In this document: positions 24,576 through 34,164 of the stretch, one piece after another
Position numbering within the stretch: position 1 is the stretch's first letter
How the letters are laid out: every line of letters begins with the position of its first letter
Source: a virus
Taxonomy: Duplodnaviria; Caudoviricetes
DNA length: 34,310 nt
IMG/VR virus record: IMGVR_UViG_3300022916_000053
Coordinates: 1-34,310 of that record
Strand: one strand, 5' to 3'
The notes under the pieces: model-generated
Told to the model about the DNA's origin: nothing
Databases searched by the model: none
What the model saw: only the letters and a program-made list of their open reading frames with translations
Position numbers and translations under genes: made by a program

Positions 24576-26432
24576 CTACGCGATAACATCTAAGCTGCTC
24601 CAGGCGCTGTCCCCGGACGTTGCGATCCATCCCCAAGGCTCACCAACAGAGGGCTCTGCATTCAGGGCTAGCATGAACATTGTGCCTGGGTGCGAAAAAT
24701 TAAAGCCGCCCAAAGCCCCCGAAGGGGGTGTGCTGTAGGATGCCGAGGAGCCTATTGGATGCCATGCCCCAGCTATACCAAGAACCCCAAGGGCTGTCGC
24801 AGGGGAGGCCGCGTTCAGAACTGGCAACAGTGGCCCTCTAGCAACCCTGAGGGAGCTAACGCCACATGTCAGGTCGACACTCCCCCCCGCGGGGTCTGGG
24901 TAAAAGGTTTCCCCAGTAATCCAAAATTCAACACGGATTTTGTCGATTGACGGATCTGTGATAGGTGTTCTTAGTACACAGAATCGCCGGGTGGTTGCAA
25001 CTGGGCTGATAAAATATATCGGAGGCTCTGGGTATGGGCTATGAGATCCAAGACCAGAGCGGTCCCCTGCCCCGTCTACTAAAGCCAGTGTATTGCCAGA
25101 GGCATCCATGGTCCTGATCCTCATTCCATAAACATCCGACCTGAGCGGGTAGTAATCACTTTTCCACTGTGGAGCAGTCAGCACCGAGGAGACTTCCGCC
25201 ACATACCCATCCAGAGCGTCAAACACATCGTCCCCTCTGTCAAAATCTACATAAGCGTATCGGTTTTCGAGTGGAGGCTGGTCCCAAGCATTTGAGTATA
25301 TCGGCAATTCTAACCCATAAGTCCCTGTAGACCTATACTTGGCAGAGCCGATCCCATAGTGTGGGAGAACCCCGAGAGTCGGTGTGTCAACCCAAGAGTC
25401 ACCGACAGTGCTGCAGGCAAGCCTTGCACTCAGGCCGATCAGGGGCTCAGTGACTGACGGGCCATGATCAACTAATCCATTCTGAGAAGTCACTACAAAA
25501 TCGCTCCACACCCGCAAATCGACAGATGTGGCGTATGATCCGAAGTGAATCCTTCTAGCCGAAATATCCACACCGGCCGTAGGCAAGACGGGCTCGACTA
25601 CCGACACTGAGGATATGCACGGGGCAATTCCTATGTCCAAGACCGAATTAGCGGTCGGGTTAGTATTCATTAGCGACCCGCCAATTACAGAGCATCCATC
25701 TGCCCGTATCGCAACGGCATGAATTTCACCAACAGTGACACTGCATCTCCACACGCTAGAACCTTCCGCCCCAAGCCAAACGCCAACCCCCGTGCCTGTT
25801 GTGATGCTTGCTTCGCGTATGGTCCCACGAAAGAATGGATTCAGCCCAATAGCTGACGGCACCTCAATCCCGACACCAGGAGAAGACCCACTGTAGGTAT
25901 TGGTATACACCCCACGGGTCACAGAAATTCCCTTGCCCCGGACCAGGGCTATCAGATAAGATCCGGTGACTGAACAATCCTTAATAGCCACACGCGATCC
26001 GTCAACCTTAATTCCTATTTTTGAAGAATCTGCGCCTGTGATATTTATCCGAGACAGATTCACAGACCTGCCAGCATAATTCTCCCAGTCATACCCATTG
26101 GATAAAACCCGGATACAAGACTCGGCAGATGCAGGTTGCAAAATATCTACATCACTAAGTCCACCATAAGACCCTACCGGGAACTGAAAACAATCCCCAG
26201 ACACCCCGGAGAAGTTGATCTGAGAACGCTCCACACCCTCTGTTGAACCTTGAACCGTGCAAGTGACATAGAGAGTACCGGAAACTGCATAAATCCCTGG
26301 CTGGAGGTACAGGGTAGTGCCGCCAACAGTCGCGGCATTAATCGCAGCCTGCAGGGACAACGTATCGTCCGACTGATGAGGAGGGTCGATGGGCTCTACC
26401 ATACCCCAGTGAAATGTTGGACTCTCTGGCAT
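24576..26432 (-). CDS. Tailspike-like beta-helix protein lacking the N-terminal anchor domain
   Basis: ATG at 26432 overlaps the upstream TAA (TAATG); DDTLSLQAAINAA...TLYLQPGIY pectate-lyase-3-like cap; C-terminal EP..G..WGW. Confidence 0.75.
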   Translation of the reverse strand: MPESPTFHWGMVEPIDPPHQSDDTLSLQAAINAATVGGTTLYLQPGIYAVSGTLYVTCTVQGSTEGVERSQINFSGVSGDCFQFPVGSYGGLSDVDILQPASAESCIRVLSNGYDWENYAGRSVNLSRINITGADSSKIGIKVDGSRVAIKDCSVTGSYLIALVRGKGISVTRGVYTNTYSGSSPGVGIEVPSAIGLNPFFRGTIREASITTGTGVGVWLGAEGSSVWRCSVTVGEIHAVAIRADGCSVIGGSLMNTNPTANSVLDIGIAPCISSVSVVEPVLPTAGVDISARRIHFGSYATSVDLRVWSDFVVTSQNGLVDHGPSVTEPLIGLSARLACSTVGDSWVDTPTLGVLPHYGIGSAKYRSTGTYGLELPIYSNAWDQPPLENRYAYVDFDRGDDVFDALDGYVAEVSSVLTAPQWKSDYYPLRSDVYGMRIRTMDASGNTLALVDGAGDRSGLGSHSPYPEPPIYFISPVATTRRFCVLRTPITDPSIDKIRVEFWITGETFYPDPAGGSVDLTCGVSSLRVARGPLLPVLNAASPATALGVLGIAGAWHPIGSSASYSTPPSGALGGFNFSHPGTMFMLALNAEPSVGEPWGWIATSGDSAWSSLDVIA

Positions 26433-28489
26433 TATGTGATCGCCCCGAAGGTGCCCCAGGTTGCAGTCCCGCCAGCCCCACCAGAAAGGCAAACGTGCCC
26501 CAGGCTAGAGGATGGGGAGGCGAGATACAAAACATCCCCTATCTCGTAGCTGTTCAACGAACTCAACCCTCCTGGCCCAGCCGAACCATACTCAGCCCAT
26601 TTAGACCCATGGGGAGCCCCAAGCCCATGAGCCTGCACCATCGAATCCAGCGCACCTGGATGGGTGGCACTAGTCACTCGCAAGGCCTTGTTCCCGACAT
26701 ACACTGCATCGAGGAGAATGTAATCCCCGAAAGCCACGGGGCTCCCGGCCCCAGAACACAGACGGAAGTAGAGCTTTAGGCCCGTTATCGCATCAGCGAG
26801 AGGTGACTCTAGGGCCAACATCACCCATGTGTCTTCATAGATTTCCAACGGGTTGGTCCACTCCACGACTCCAGGGCCGCTGGAATAGATTGGCTGTAAC
26901 CCAAAGACAGTCCCAAGCCCCGTAATCCCGTGGGCATAGTAAAGAATACTCGCATAGGCAGTTGGTGAAGACCCATTATTCAACATACTCAGACTAACAC
27001 TGTCCCCTATTTGGCAAGTCAACGTAGTGTCAATCGCCCCTTCGGACGCTGGTGTTATTTTGACAGCATTTAACCCGGTTTGGTTATTTGTTTTGTCTCT
27101 CGCCAAACTGACATTAGTAGATATAGGGGATGGAAGGTGGAGCCAGTGATTGAATGTTCCGTCAGGGAAGATGTTCACATCTGGCATGTTTGAATCAAAG
27201 CGAGAGGCCCCGGTCCACCCAACACCGCTGGAGCCTCCAACGATAGTATCTGCACCTAAGAGATAATTCAGGGAGCCAGAAGACCCAGGCGTGATCCTGG
27301 TAGAGGAGGATATGGAGATTTCGTCTACGTCCTGTGCAACAGAGGCACAGCCAATGTCTGTGTAAGTGCCTCCGTCAATCTGGACCCGCCCCATATCCCT
27401 AAACCTCAAGGCGTGCTGAGGGGCATAGGCTCTGTTCTCATCACTACCTATCCAGGTCGCATTGCAAGACACAATCGAGGCAGATTCTCCATAGCCAATA
27501 TAAACCGGAGGCGCTTCAGTGGACTCGTCAGTATAATAGTCACTCACTCGGAAGTCACAATGCGACACCTCAACGGAATAGTCCCCCCTGGATGTGAAAT
27601 CAACAGGACTGACAAGTATCGAGCTATTGGTATAGTTGCCGCCCTGTCCTCGCCCCATATTTTCAAACATGCAGTCGTGGAAGACACCCCTGGCAGACCC
27701 CGCGTTAGGTAGCTGCATTACCAGACCTTCACCGATAGTATCATGGAAGTAGCAAGACTCGAACCTGAACTGGTAGGTGCCTGATGGGTACGGAACCCAA
27801 ACCAACTTTCTATCGTCATGGACCGTGGATGGGTCATCAGTCCACATCTCACACCCAGACATCTCAAAGTGCTCTAGCGGAAAATAGTTGGGGTTTCCTA
27901 CAAAAATGTTGCCATTCTGGAATTTCAAGTTTTTGAACTTAACATGCTTTGTATGCCCCTTGTCAAAGTCCACGCCGAAGTAGAGGGGGTCGCCTTCGGG
28001 CCTCATATCCCACTTGATAGTTGCCCCTGGGCCAGAAGTGGACCCGACTAAGGCGATCTCCCTGCAGGCTGGAGATGTGTTGAGGACCGCAAGGCCCATG
28101 TAATAAACACCACTAGGGAAAAACACCGTGCCACTAATCCCAGAGTCTGTGATGCACTCCTGAACCGCATCAGAGTCATCTGTCACCCCATCGCCCATCG
28201 CGCCGTAGTCCCTGACGTTATACACCCCGTCCTGGGGGAGGCTGAGGACAATAGGGATCGGCTGACTTGACCAGTTGTCTTTGGACGCACTAATACTGTA
28301 ACCGCCCGGAGCGGCTTTGAACTCATACCAGCCATCCTTGCCGGTGCGCAAAGGCTGGGTCAGTGCGTTCTCGCCGTGGTCAGAATAGACCGTTGCAAGA
28401 GAACTGGTCCCAGCACGATACACCTCAACCTGAGCGCCAGGGACAGGCCGACCCTTAGCATCGAGGACTTGATTGCGATATACCTGCAT
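26432..28489 (-). CDS. Tailspike protein (anchor + pectate-lyase-3-like beta-helix + CBM-like region)
   Basis: VLDAKGRPVPGAQVEVY...LATVYSD anchor; YNVRDYGAMGDGVTDDSDAVQ...VFFPSGVY; AGGAG RBS. Confidence 0.85.
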   Translation of the reverse strand: MQVYRNQVLDAKGRPVPGAQVEVYRAGTSSLATVYSDHGENALTQPLRTGKDGWYEFKAAPGGYSISASKDNWSSQPIPIVLSLPQDGVYNVRDYGAMGDGVTDDSDAVQECITDSGISGTVFFPSGVYYMGLAVLNTSPACREIALVGSTSGPGATIKWDMRPEGDPLYFGVDFDKGHTKHVKFKNLKFQNGNIFVGNPNYFPLEHFEMSGCEMWTDDPSTVHDDRKLVWVPYPSGTYQFRFESCYFHDTIGEGLVMQLPNAGSARGVFHDCMFENMGRGQGGNYTNSSILVSPVDFTSRGDYSVEVSHCDFRVSDYYTDESTEAPPVYIGYGESASIVSCNATWIGSDENRAYAPQHALRFRDMGRVQIDGGTYTDIGCASVAQDVDEISISSSTRITPGSSGSLNYLLGADTIVGGSSGVGWTGASRFDSNMPDVNIFPDGTFNHWLHLPSPISTNVSLARDKTNNQTGLNAVKITPASEGAIDTTLTCQIGDSVSLSMLNNGSSPTAYASILYYAHGITGLGTVFGLQPIYSSGPGVVEWTNPLEIYEDTWVMLALESPLADAITGLKLYFRLCSGAGSPVAFGDYILLDAVYVGNKALRVTSATHPGALDSMVQAHGLGAPHGSKWAEYGSAGPGGLSSLNSYEIGDVLYLASPSSSLGHVCLSGGAGGTATWGTFGAIT

Positions 28490-28496
28490 ACTGCTC

Positions 28497-29966
28497 CTAA
28501 GCTACATTATCGACCAGGATAACCCAGTCTGTCCCATTGAACACAAGTTTGATAAATTCCCCAGCAACATTCATCACTTGGTCTCCCCCAAGATCCAAGT
28601 TCCCAGTACCGTCCTTGAGGGTAATCGCATCAGTCTTGTAGGCCAGCGTGACTTCACGCCCAACCCACGCAGGGGTCAAGGTGTCCAGGTCATCGGCACC
28701 GCTCTCGCCGTCAACAGTATGGTACTGACCGGGGGCATACAACACGCCACTAGCGATTGCCCTGGACTTAGTACTAACTACTTGGATATTCTGCGGATAC
28801 CCCGCTGCCGTGCTGTCCACAGTGATTACACCATCAATGGAACCTATCACCGTTGTATATGTACCGCGACTGCCCAACGTGAAAAGAAGATCGGTGCCCG
28901 CGTCCGAATCCATAGCAAGGCCGACAAACTTGTTGCTGCCCGAGTCCACCAATACCGCGTCATCCCAATCCGAGGCCTGCAGCAAACAGCTACTGAATGT
29001 GTTAAAATTAGCCCCGTCTGTGTGAATGAGATGCCCGCCGTTGACCTCAGACGATGTCCAAATGTTGCAGCTCTCGAACACGTTATCATTATTGTAAGAA
29101 GTCCCAGTGTTCTGGAGCCACACCCCATGGCCATAGCCGTTGCCAGTCGCATTGTAACGGGCTGCTACAATCTCAAAGCTGCGAAACGTATTGAACACGC
29201 TCGCACTGGCGGCAGAAGCATCTACAGACAAGGCCACAGCGCCGTCAGTCTTGCACTTATTGTGATACAGGGACACATTCTCACCCAGGAAGTTCCTGCA
29301 GGAGTCCACCTCGAGCAACGTATCCACTGATCCGTCCGTAGACGTCAAGCAAATATCCCGAAGGCCACAATGATTCAACGAAACCGTGGCGGGATCGCCA
29401 AAAGTCAGGCCAAGCGCATGCAACGGATTGGAGATAGTGAACCGAATACGCGTTCCATGCTGCGCCAAGTGCGACCCAGTATACCAGCCCGACCCGGGCC
29501 CGTCACCACGGATACTCACACCATGGCTGTCCACGCGCAGAAACATAGTGCTGACATAGTCCCCAGCCGGTAGGTACACAACGCCGCCACCAGCCGACGC
29601 ACAAGCATTGATCGCAGACTGAATGGCTGCGTGGTCATCCGTAGACCCATCACCCACAGCCCCGAATTGCGGCTCAGTCACATCAAACCACGACGGATTG
29701 GCGTCCTGAAGCTGGACATCATACCAGACCAGGGACTCCACACCAGGCCCACTGAAGTGGATGTCGTAGGTGCCGTCGCCCGCGCAGAAAGTGAATTCAC
29801 CGCGACTGTCTGTAGTGAAGTTGGTCTGGTTGATCTGGTTGGTGCCGTCAGTATTCTCGTAAATAGTAGACAGCGAGGCCGTAGACCCCGCTGGATACAC
29901 AGAAATGTCCACGCCTGGAACCGGGTTACCCTTGCGGTCCAGAACTGTGTTGGTATACCTACGCAT
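28497..29966 (-). CDS. Tailspike protein (anchor + pectate-lyase-3-like beta-helix + C-terminal module)
   Basis: VLDRKGNPVPGVDISVY...LSTIYEN anchor; FGAVGDGSTDDHAAIQSAINA...GGGVVYLPAGDY; AGGAG RBS. Confidence 0.85.
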   Translation of the reverse strand: MRRYTNTVLDRKGNPVPGVDISVYPAGSTASLSTIYENTDGTNQINQTNFTTDSRGEFTFCAGDGTYDIHFSGPGVESLVWYDVQLQDANPSWFDVTEPQFGAVGDGSTDDHAAIQSAINACASAGGGVVYLPAGDYVSTMFLRVDSHGVSIRGDGPGSGWYTGSHLAQHGTRIRFTISNPLHALGLTFGDPATVSLNHCGLRDICLTSTDGSVDTLLEVDSCRNFLGENVSLYHNKCKTDGAVALSVDASAASASVFNTFRSFEIVAARYNATGNGYGHGVWLQNTGTSYNNDNVFESCNIWTSSEVNGGHLIHTDGANFNTFSSCLLQASDWDDAVLVDSGSNKFVGLAMDSDAGTDLLFTLGSRGTYTTVIGSIDGVITVDSTAAGYPQNIQVVSTKSRAIASGVLYAPGQYHTVDGESGADDLDTLTPAWVGREVTLAYKTDAITLKDGTGNLDLGGDQVMNVAGEFIKLVFNGTDWVILVDNVA

Positions 29967-29975
29967 TACGCACTC

Positions 29976-30689
29976 CTAAGTGCTAGTGTCTGGCGGGGCA
30001 TACCCACCTTTGTCCACGACATTTGCATCTGCAGTACCGCCACCGAATGCCAGTACGGGCTGGACAATATGGCTATAAGCTATCACTTGGTTACCCATTA
30101 CCTCGCACAATCCGCTAGGGCGCATGAAGAACGAATCGAAATACACTGCGTCAGGGGGTGTCCCGGTGCCGGGGCCAACACGAATCTCAATGATGTTGTT
30201 GTCTGTGCCGTCGAATGGCCAGCTACCCGAGAACGTCCGCCACACCCCGTCTGTTCCGGTGTCAACGATCGTATAGGCGGGGTTCGCGCCACTATCATTC
30301 TTCATCGTTATCGTCATGGTCTGAGCATTCACATCAATGGCGAACTTCAAGTGGATCCAATACTGGCCAACGGGTAGGTGGGGGTTTGCGTTTGCCCCGA
30401 CATAGTGCCCGAGATAGATCTTGTCCTGCACCCCATTAACCGTGTTGCAAGTGAAAGACTTGTCGCCAGACGCAGCCCGAGTGTCAGACATGATCCAATC
30501 GACTTCCTCAGCACCCACGGACATATACATCCACTTCTTGATGTGCGGCCCCCAGAACGGTTCTTTCGCCGCAGTGCCCTTCACATCGCAGTCCATCCAA
30601 TCCACCATGCCACCGTCACACCCACCATTGGTGATGTAACTCCTCACAGCATTGGCTTCAGCCGCAAAGGCCATGGTGATGGCTGACAT
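29976..30689 (-). CDS. Structural protein with carbohydrate-binding (CBM4/9-like jelly-roll) domain
   Basis: YITNGGCD, RAASGDKS, GVWRTFSG, VYFDSF pattern of galactose-binding-like domains. Confidence 0.6.
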   Translation of the reverse strand: MSAITMAFAAEANAVRSYITNGGCDGGMVDWMDCDVKGTAAKEPFWGPHIKKWMYMSVGAEEVDWIMSDTRAASGDKSFTCNTVNGVQDKIYLGHYVGANANPHLPVGQYWIHLKFAIDVNAQTMTITMKNDSGANPAYTIVDTGTDGVWRTFSGSWPFDGTDNNIIEIRVGPGTGTPPDAVYFDSFFMRPSGLCEVMGNQVIAYSHIVQPVLAFGGGTADANVVDKGGYAPPDTST

Positions 30690-31019
30690 CTAGTCCACCC
30701 ACTCAACTACGCTAACGATGATAGTCCCAGCACTGCCCGTGGCTCCGTCACCCTGCACCTTGATATGCGGGATGGGGGAAGTGATTTGGAACACACCCGG
30801 CTGAGTCACAGATGCATTGATCACAGCGTAGTTAGTACCATCGTGCGATCCTAAGATCTGGGCCACACCGTTATAGGTGCCGGCCGTGTCGTAGAACAAC
30901 ACAGAGGCCATTGGCCCCGACAAGTTCCAGGTGTAGTTCTCAGTCTTGGTTGCACCAGTAATCGTCAGCTTCTTGATGCCAGAAACGCTACCGTCTGACA
31001 TCTTTACCATGCGCCCCAT
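30690..31019 (-). CDS. Small beta-sandwich structural protein
   Basis: 109 aa; GTYNG..QILGSHDGTNY; AGGAGG RBS. Confidence 0.65.
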   Translation of the reverse strand: MGRMVKMSDGSVSGIKKLTITGATKTENYTWNLSGPMASVLFYDTAGTYNGVAQILGSHDGTNYAVINASVTQPGVFQITSPIPHIKVQGDGATGSAGTIIVSVVEWVD

Positions 31020-31027
31020 AGCGCCTC

Positions 31028-31546
31028 CTATTTCTCGTCTTCTTCAGGCTCGTAAGGCCCAACGATTTTGTAAGGGAACAGTGCCGTGATAACCTGCTTG
31101 GGGTCGCCCACTGGGTTGCCACGCTGGTCTGTGTCCTGCTCCCACGCGATATGCTTCCCAAAGTCCATGTGCCGCAGCGCCCGCTTCAGAATCGGCTGGT
31201 TCACATTACGTTTGCAGATAAAGTACTTACCACCTACAGGGTGATCAGGGTGAGGGACAATAATGTCCGTCTTGTCCCCGTCAGGGCCAGTGAAGAAGAC
31301 CACGACAACCATCTCATCAGGGTCTTCGCCCCACATGCACTGGCCAAACAACCGGTCAGCATCGGGCTGTTTCACGCCCTTGTGGCCCAAGTACTTCTCG
31401 TAATACTCTTTACTCACACCGCCAGGATACTCAGAGTCCTTGGGCGGAGGGGCCGCAGCCCCCCCACCTTCGGATTTTTCAAGCACAGTAACCTGAGCGG
31501 CTGTTTCCACGACTCCAATATCGGCCTTAGCCTTTTTCGTAGCCAT
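31028..31546 (-). CDS. Hypothetical head-region protein
   Basis: 172 aa; AGGAGG RBS within the repeated leader motif. Confidence 0.75.
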   Translation of the reverse strand: MATKKAKADIGVVETAAQVTVLEKSEGGGAAAPPPKDSEYPGGVSKEYYEKYLGHKGVKQPDADRLFGQCMWGEDPDEMVVVVFFTGPDGDKTDIIVPHPDHPVGGKYFICKRNVNQPILKRALRHMDFGKHIAWEQDTDQRGNPVGDPKQVITALFPYKIVGPYEPEEDEK

Positions 31547-31550
31547 TATC

Positions 31551-31577
31551 CCTCCTGGGTTTTACGCCCCCCGGCGA
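31551..31577 (-). promoter_or_regulatory. Repeated late-gene leader motif, copy B
   Basis: TCGCCGGGGGGCGTAAAACCCAGGAGG; 23/27 identical to 33836-33862. Confidence 0.7.
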
Positions 31578-31588
31578 GGTTTAGGGGC

Positions 31589-32092
31589 TTAGCCCCAGGC
31601 CGCAATGTACAGAACGTCTGACGTAGTACCGCAAACATCACTGCCGAGCAGGATGCCGTTAATAGCATCCTCAGGCTGCGAGCCACCAGTATCCGACCCA
31701 CCATCAGCCACCGAGGTGCCCTTGGAGGCCGTCACCGTATCAGTACCAGCAACATCAGATCTGCGGACGATGAACTTGTCCACCGTGACATAATTCGCAG
31801 CAGCGCCGTTAGTCGCCAACTGAACCGTCATGCCGTTGGAAGCGATCCATGAAGTCGTGCCCGCAGCAGTCGTGACCTTCAAACCGTCACCAGCACCGAA
31901 CCCATAAAACCATTCATGAGTCTCGATAGTGGTGGCATTGATCACTTTCACATACTTCGGTACAAAGCCTGTCTCAATGTAGAGAGAAGTCTCAACTTCC
32001 GCAGCATCCTGGGTGACCTTCACAAACGCGAAGCCGCCATTGCTAGCATCATGCCCGCGCACATCATTCGCATCTAGAGTTGGAGTAGCCAT
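31589..32092 (-). CDS. Capsid-associated/decoration protein
   Basis: Directly after the major capsid gene; IETGFVPKYVKVIN...EWF.G...VLYIAAWG; GGAGG RBS. Confidence 0.7.
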   Translation of the reverse strand: MATPTLDANDVRGHDASNGGFAFVKVTQDAAEVETSLYIETGFVPKYVKVINATTIETHEWFYGFGAGDGLKVTTAAGTTSWIASNGMTVQLATNGAAANYVTVDKFIVRRSDVAGTDTVTASKGTSVADGGSDTGGSQPEDAINGILLGSDVCGTTSDVLYIAAWG

Positions 32093-32103
32093 TAGTTCAC
32101 CTC

Positions 32104-33081
32104 CTAGTTGTTAGTGGCGGTATGCACGAGACATGCAATGTTCGCCTGGTTAGTGACAGCGAGGCCAAGGGCCATCTTCCAGCCAGCGTATGCACGCTGC
32201 TCGAGATGGTCATCGCCCGCGCCGAAGGGAGTGTGATACGTTCCAGTACTCTGCCCATCCAAGCCAACCACGGACCAGCCGTCTTTGGCGAAGAAGAACG
32301 TAGAGAACGCATCCACAGTTTCATCGGTCGCGTCATCTTGGAAGTGACCGTGCGTGCTCTCGAGGAAGCGAATGTTGCGATACTTGCCAACTTCGTTTTC
32401 CATCCGAGCACCCGGCTCCGCGTAATCCTCGACATCCTTCCAATTATCGAGACTCACAAGGTCGGCCACAACATTGGTGTGCGCGATAGCAACGTAAGAC
32501 GCACCGATGGAAGTCGAGTTATAGCCAGTTCCCGGGTTGACAATCTCAGTCAAGTACTTGGCCTTGCCATTCTTCAGCAACAGGATCATCGAGTCCAGAG
32601 CCGCCGTAGTGATGATCTGGTCGCAGGCGGCCACATTAGCAGCCAGGATTCCACCGGCAGCCGACAAGAACCGCTTGTTGGTCGTAACCAGCGAGAATAG
32701 CTGATCACGGATATACTCCTCACGGGTCTCTTTCATCTGGATGGACTGCTCATCGGTGATCTCGTTCAGGACGGGATCAGTCGAAGTGCCGTCTACCCAA
32801 TCCGTAATACCGGCCACATCACCGAACTGATAGACCGACGCGGTCTGCTCAGTAATAACCATGCCACGAGCCGGAGGCGTAACGCCTTCAGCCATCGGAG
32901 TGGTCACGGTCGGGAACGGAGTCCTCTTACGGAAGTTGATGGTCTTGCCGTTCCGCTTGGGAATGGACTTCTGGTTAGCAAACTGCTCGAGCATGAGAAC
33001 GTGTCGGTTCTCTTCAATCAACATCATGTCGTAATACTCACGGTCTGTGGGTTCGACATGAGTTGTTTTGGTAATAGCCAT
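32104..33081 (-). CDS. Major capsid protein, N4-gp56 family
   Basis: QFANQKSIPKRNGKTINFR, PMAEGVTP, QFGD...ITD...TSTDPVL, YVAIAH, ENEVGK..NIRFLES, DDHLEQRAYAGWK. Confidence 0.92.
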   Translation of the reverse strand: MAITKTTHVEPTDREYYDMMLIEENRHVLMLEQFANQKSIPKRNGKTINFRKRTPFPTVTTPMAEGVTPPARGMVITEQTASVYQFGDVAGITDWVDGTSTDPVLNEITDEQSIQMKETREEYIRDQLFSLVTTNKRFLSAAGGILAANVAACDQIITTAALDSMILLLKNGKAKYLTEIVNPGTGYNSTSIGASYVAIAHTNVVADLVSLDNWKDVEDYAEPGARMENEVGKYRNIRFLESTHGHFQDDATDETVDAFSTFFFAKDGWSVVGLDGQSTGTYHTPFGAGDDHLEQRAYAGWKMALGLAVTNQANIACLVHTATNN

Positions 33082-33110
33082 CTAATTCACCTCACTTAAC
33101 TGCCGTGGCA

Positions 33111-33830
33111 CTAGCCTCGCTGTCTTTGGCGATTCTTGGCACGTGCCGCATCTCTTTCGGAAAGGGTCATCTCAACCCAAGATTTATCCTTGGCTGGGCC
33201 TGTGTCTCCACTAGCACCCGTGGTGTTAACACCCCTCGCCTTATCTTCGTTTAGACGATTCGCTTGAGCGGCCGCCTCTTGACCAACCTCGCCGGTGTCT
33301 ACCCGCGTTGCCTGGAGGAGAACCCTACCGAGTTCGAGGAAATCGATCTCTCCCGTCTTCTCGTTGATGATCTCCGTAGACTTACGAATGACATCCTCAG
33401 CGTGCTTGTCCCAACCATCGAGTTTGCGAAGGTCATCGTTCAGGCGCTCTAACTTCATGCGCTGGAACTCTGACTCGAGAGCCTGTACCTGGGGACTGAC
33501 GTTCTCGCCAACAAATTGACGTAGAGCCTTGTCAGTCTCATCATCGAAGAACCTCTCAGCGCCGGCCTTCTGCTCACGCGCAGCATAGCCACCTCCGCCC
33601 TGGGTTGCTTCATTGTACTTACGCTCCCACTCCTTACGCTGCTCAATCACTTGGTTGAGGCGCTCAATCGGGACTCTCTGGCCCCCTGCTCCTGTGTCGG
33701 CAGTTTGTGCCCCGACACTGGCCGTGGACGATTCGGCAGTTGCGTCCTGGGTTCCGGTGTTTTCCGTGTTACCGGACACGACAGCTTGTTCGCTGGACCC
33801 CGCCGTTTCCTGGCTAATAGTCTCTTCCAT
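33111..33830 (-). CDS. Capsid scaffolding protein
   Basis: Acidic disordered N-terminus, RVPIERLNQVIEQRK motif, C-terminal WVEMTLSERDA helix; immediately upstream of the capsid gene. Confidence 0.8.
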   Translation of the reverse strand: MEETISQETAGSSEQAVVSGNTENTGTQDATAESSTASVGAQTADTGAGGQRVPIERLNQVIEQRKEWERKYNEATQGGGGYAAREQKAGAERFFDDETDKALRQFVGENVSPQVQALESEFQRMKLERLNDDLRKLDGWDKHAEDVIRKSTEIINEKTGEIDFLELGRVLLQATRVDTGEVGQEAAAQANRLNEDKARGVNTTGASGDTGPAKDKSWVEMTLSERDAARAKNRQRQRG

Positions 33831-33835
33831 GGTAT

Positions 33836-33862
33836 CCTCCTGAGGTTAACGCCCTCCGGCGA
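33836..33862 (-). promoter_or_regulatory. Repeated late-gene leader motif, copy A
   Basis: TCGCCGGAGGGCGTTAACCTCAGGAGG directly upstream of the scaffold ATG. Confidence 0.7.
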
Positions 33863-33870
33863 ATGATGCT

Positions 33871-34164
33871 TTACTTAGTCTCCTGTTTAACAGCCTCTGC
33901 AGCGGCCTTCTCCAGTTGGTTGATAAACCCTTTGACCTTCTCTGGCATGTTATCCAATGCATATTCCATATTCTCGTAGCCGTCCAGCTTGCCCGTCTGG
34001 TAGGCCGCCTTCAGGCCCCAATCCGCACCATCTGGCTCACCTCTAACCCTGCGGTCCTCTGTTCGGAGGAGAGCCTTGAGATGGGGGTACGCCGGGTGCG
34101 CCACTAGGTCCAGCACCAGCCTGAGGTCCGCCACCCGGAGGGGCGAGTTCACTGAATCGTTCAC
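33871..34164 (-). CDS. Small helical protein between portal and scaffold
   Basis: LVAHPAY..LK..L...YQTG..DG pattern typical of this podovirus position; GTG start with AAGGA RBS. Confidence 0.65.
   Translation of the reverse strand: MNDSVNSPLRVADLRLVLDLVAHPAYPHLKALLRTEDRRVRGEPDGADWGLKAAYQTGKLDGYENMEYALDNMPEKVKGFINQLEKAAAEAVKQETK

Noticed and set aside
11176-33866. Numerous + strand ORFs antisense to late genes (e.g. 15885-16628, 28473-29330, 29631-30377)
   Set aside because: Shadow ORFs of GC-rich codon usage; no RBS or recognisable motifs, and fully overlapped by well-supported genes.
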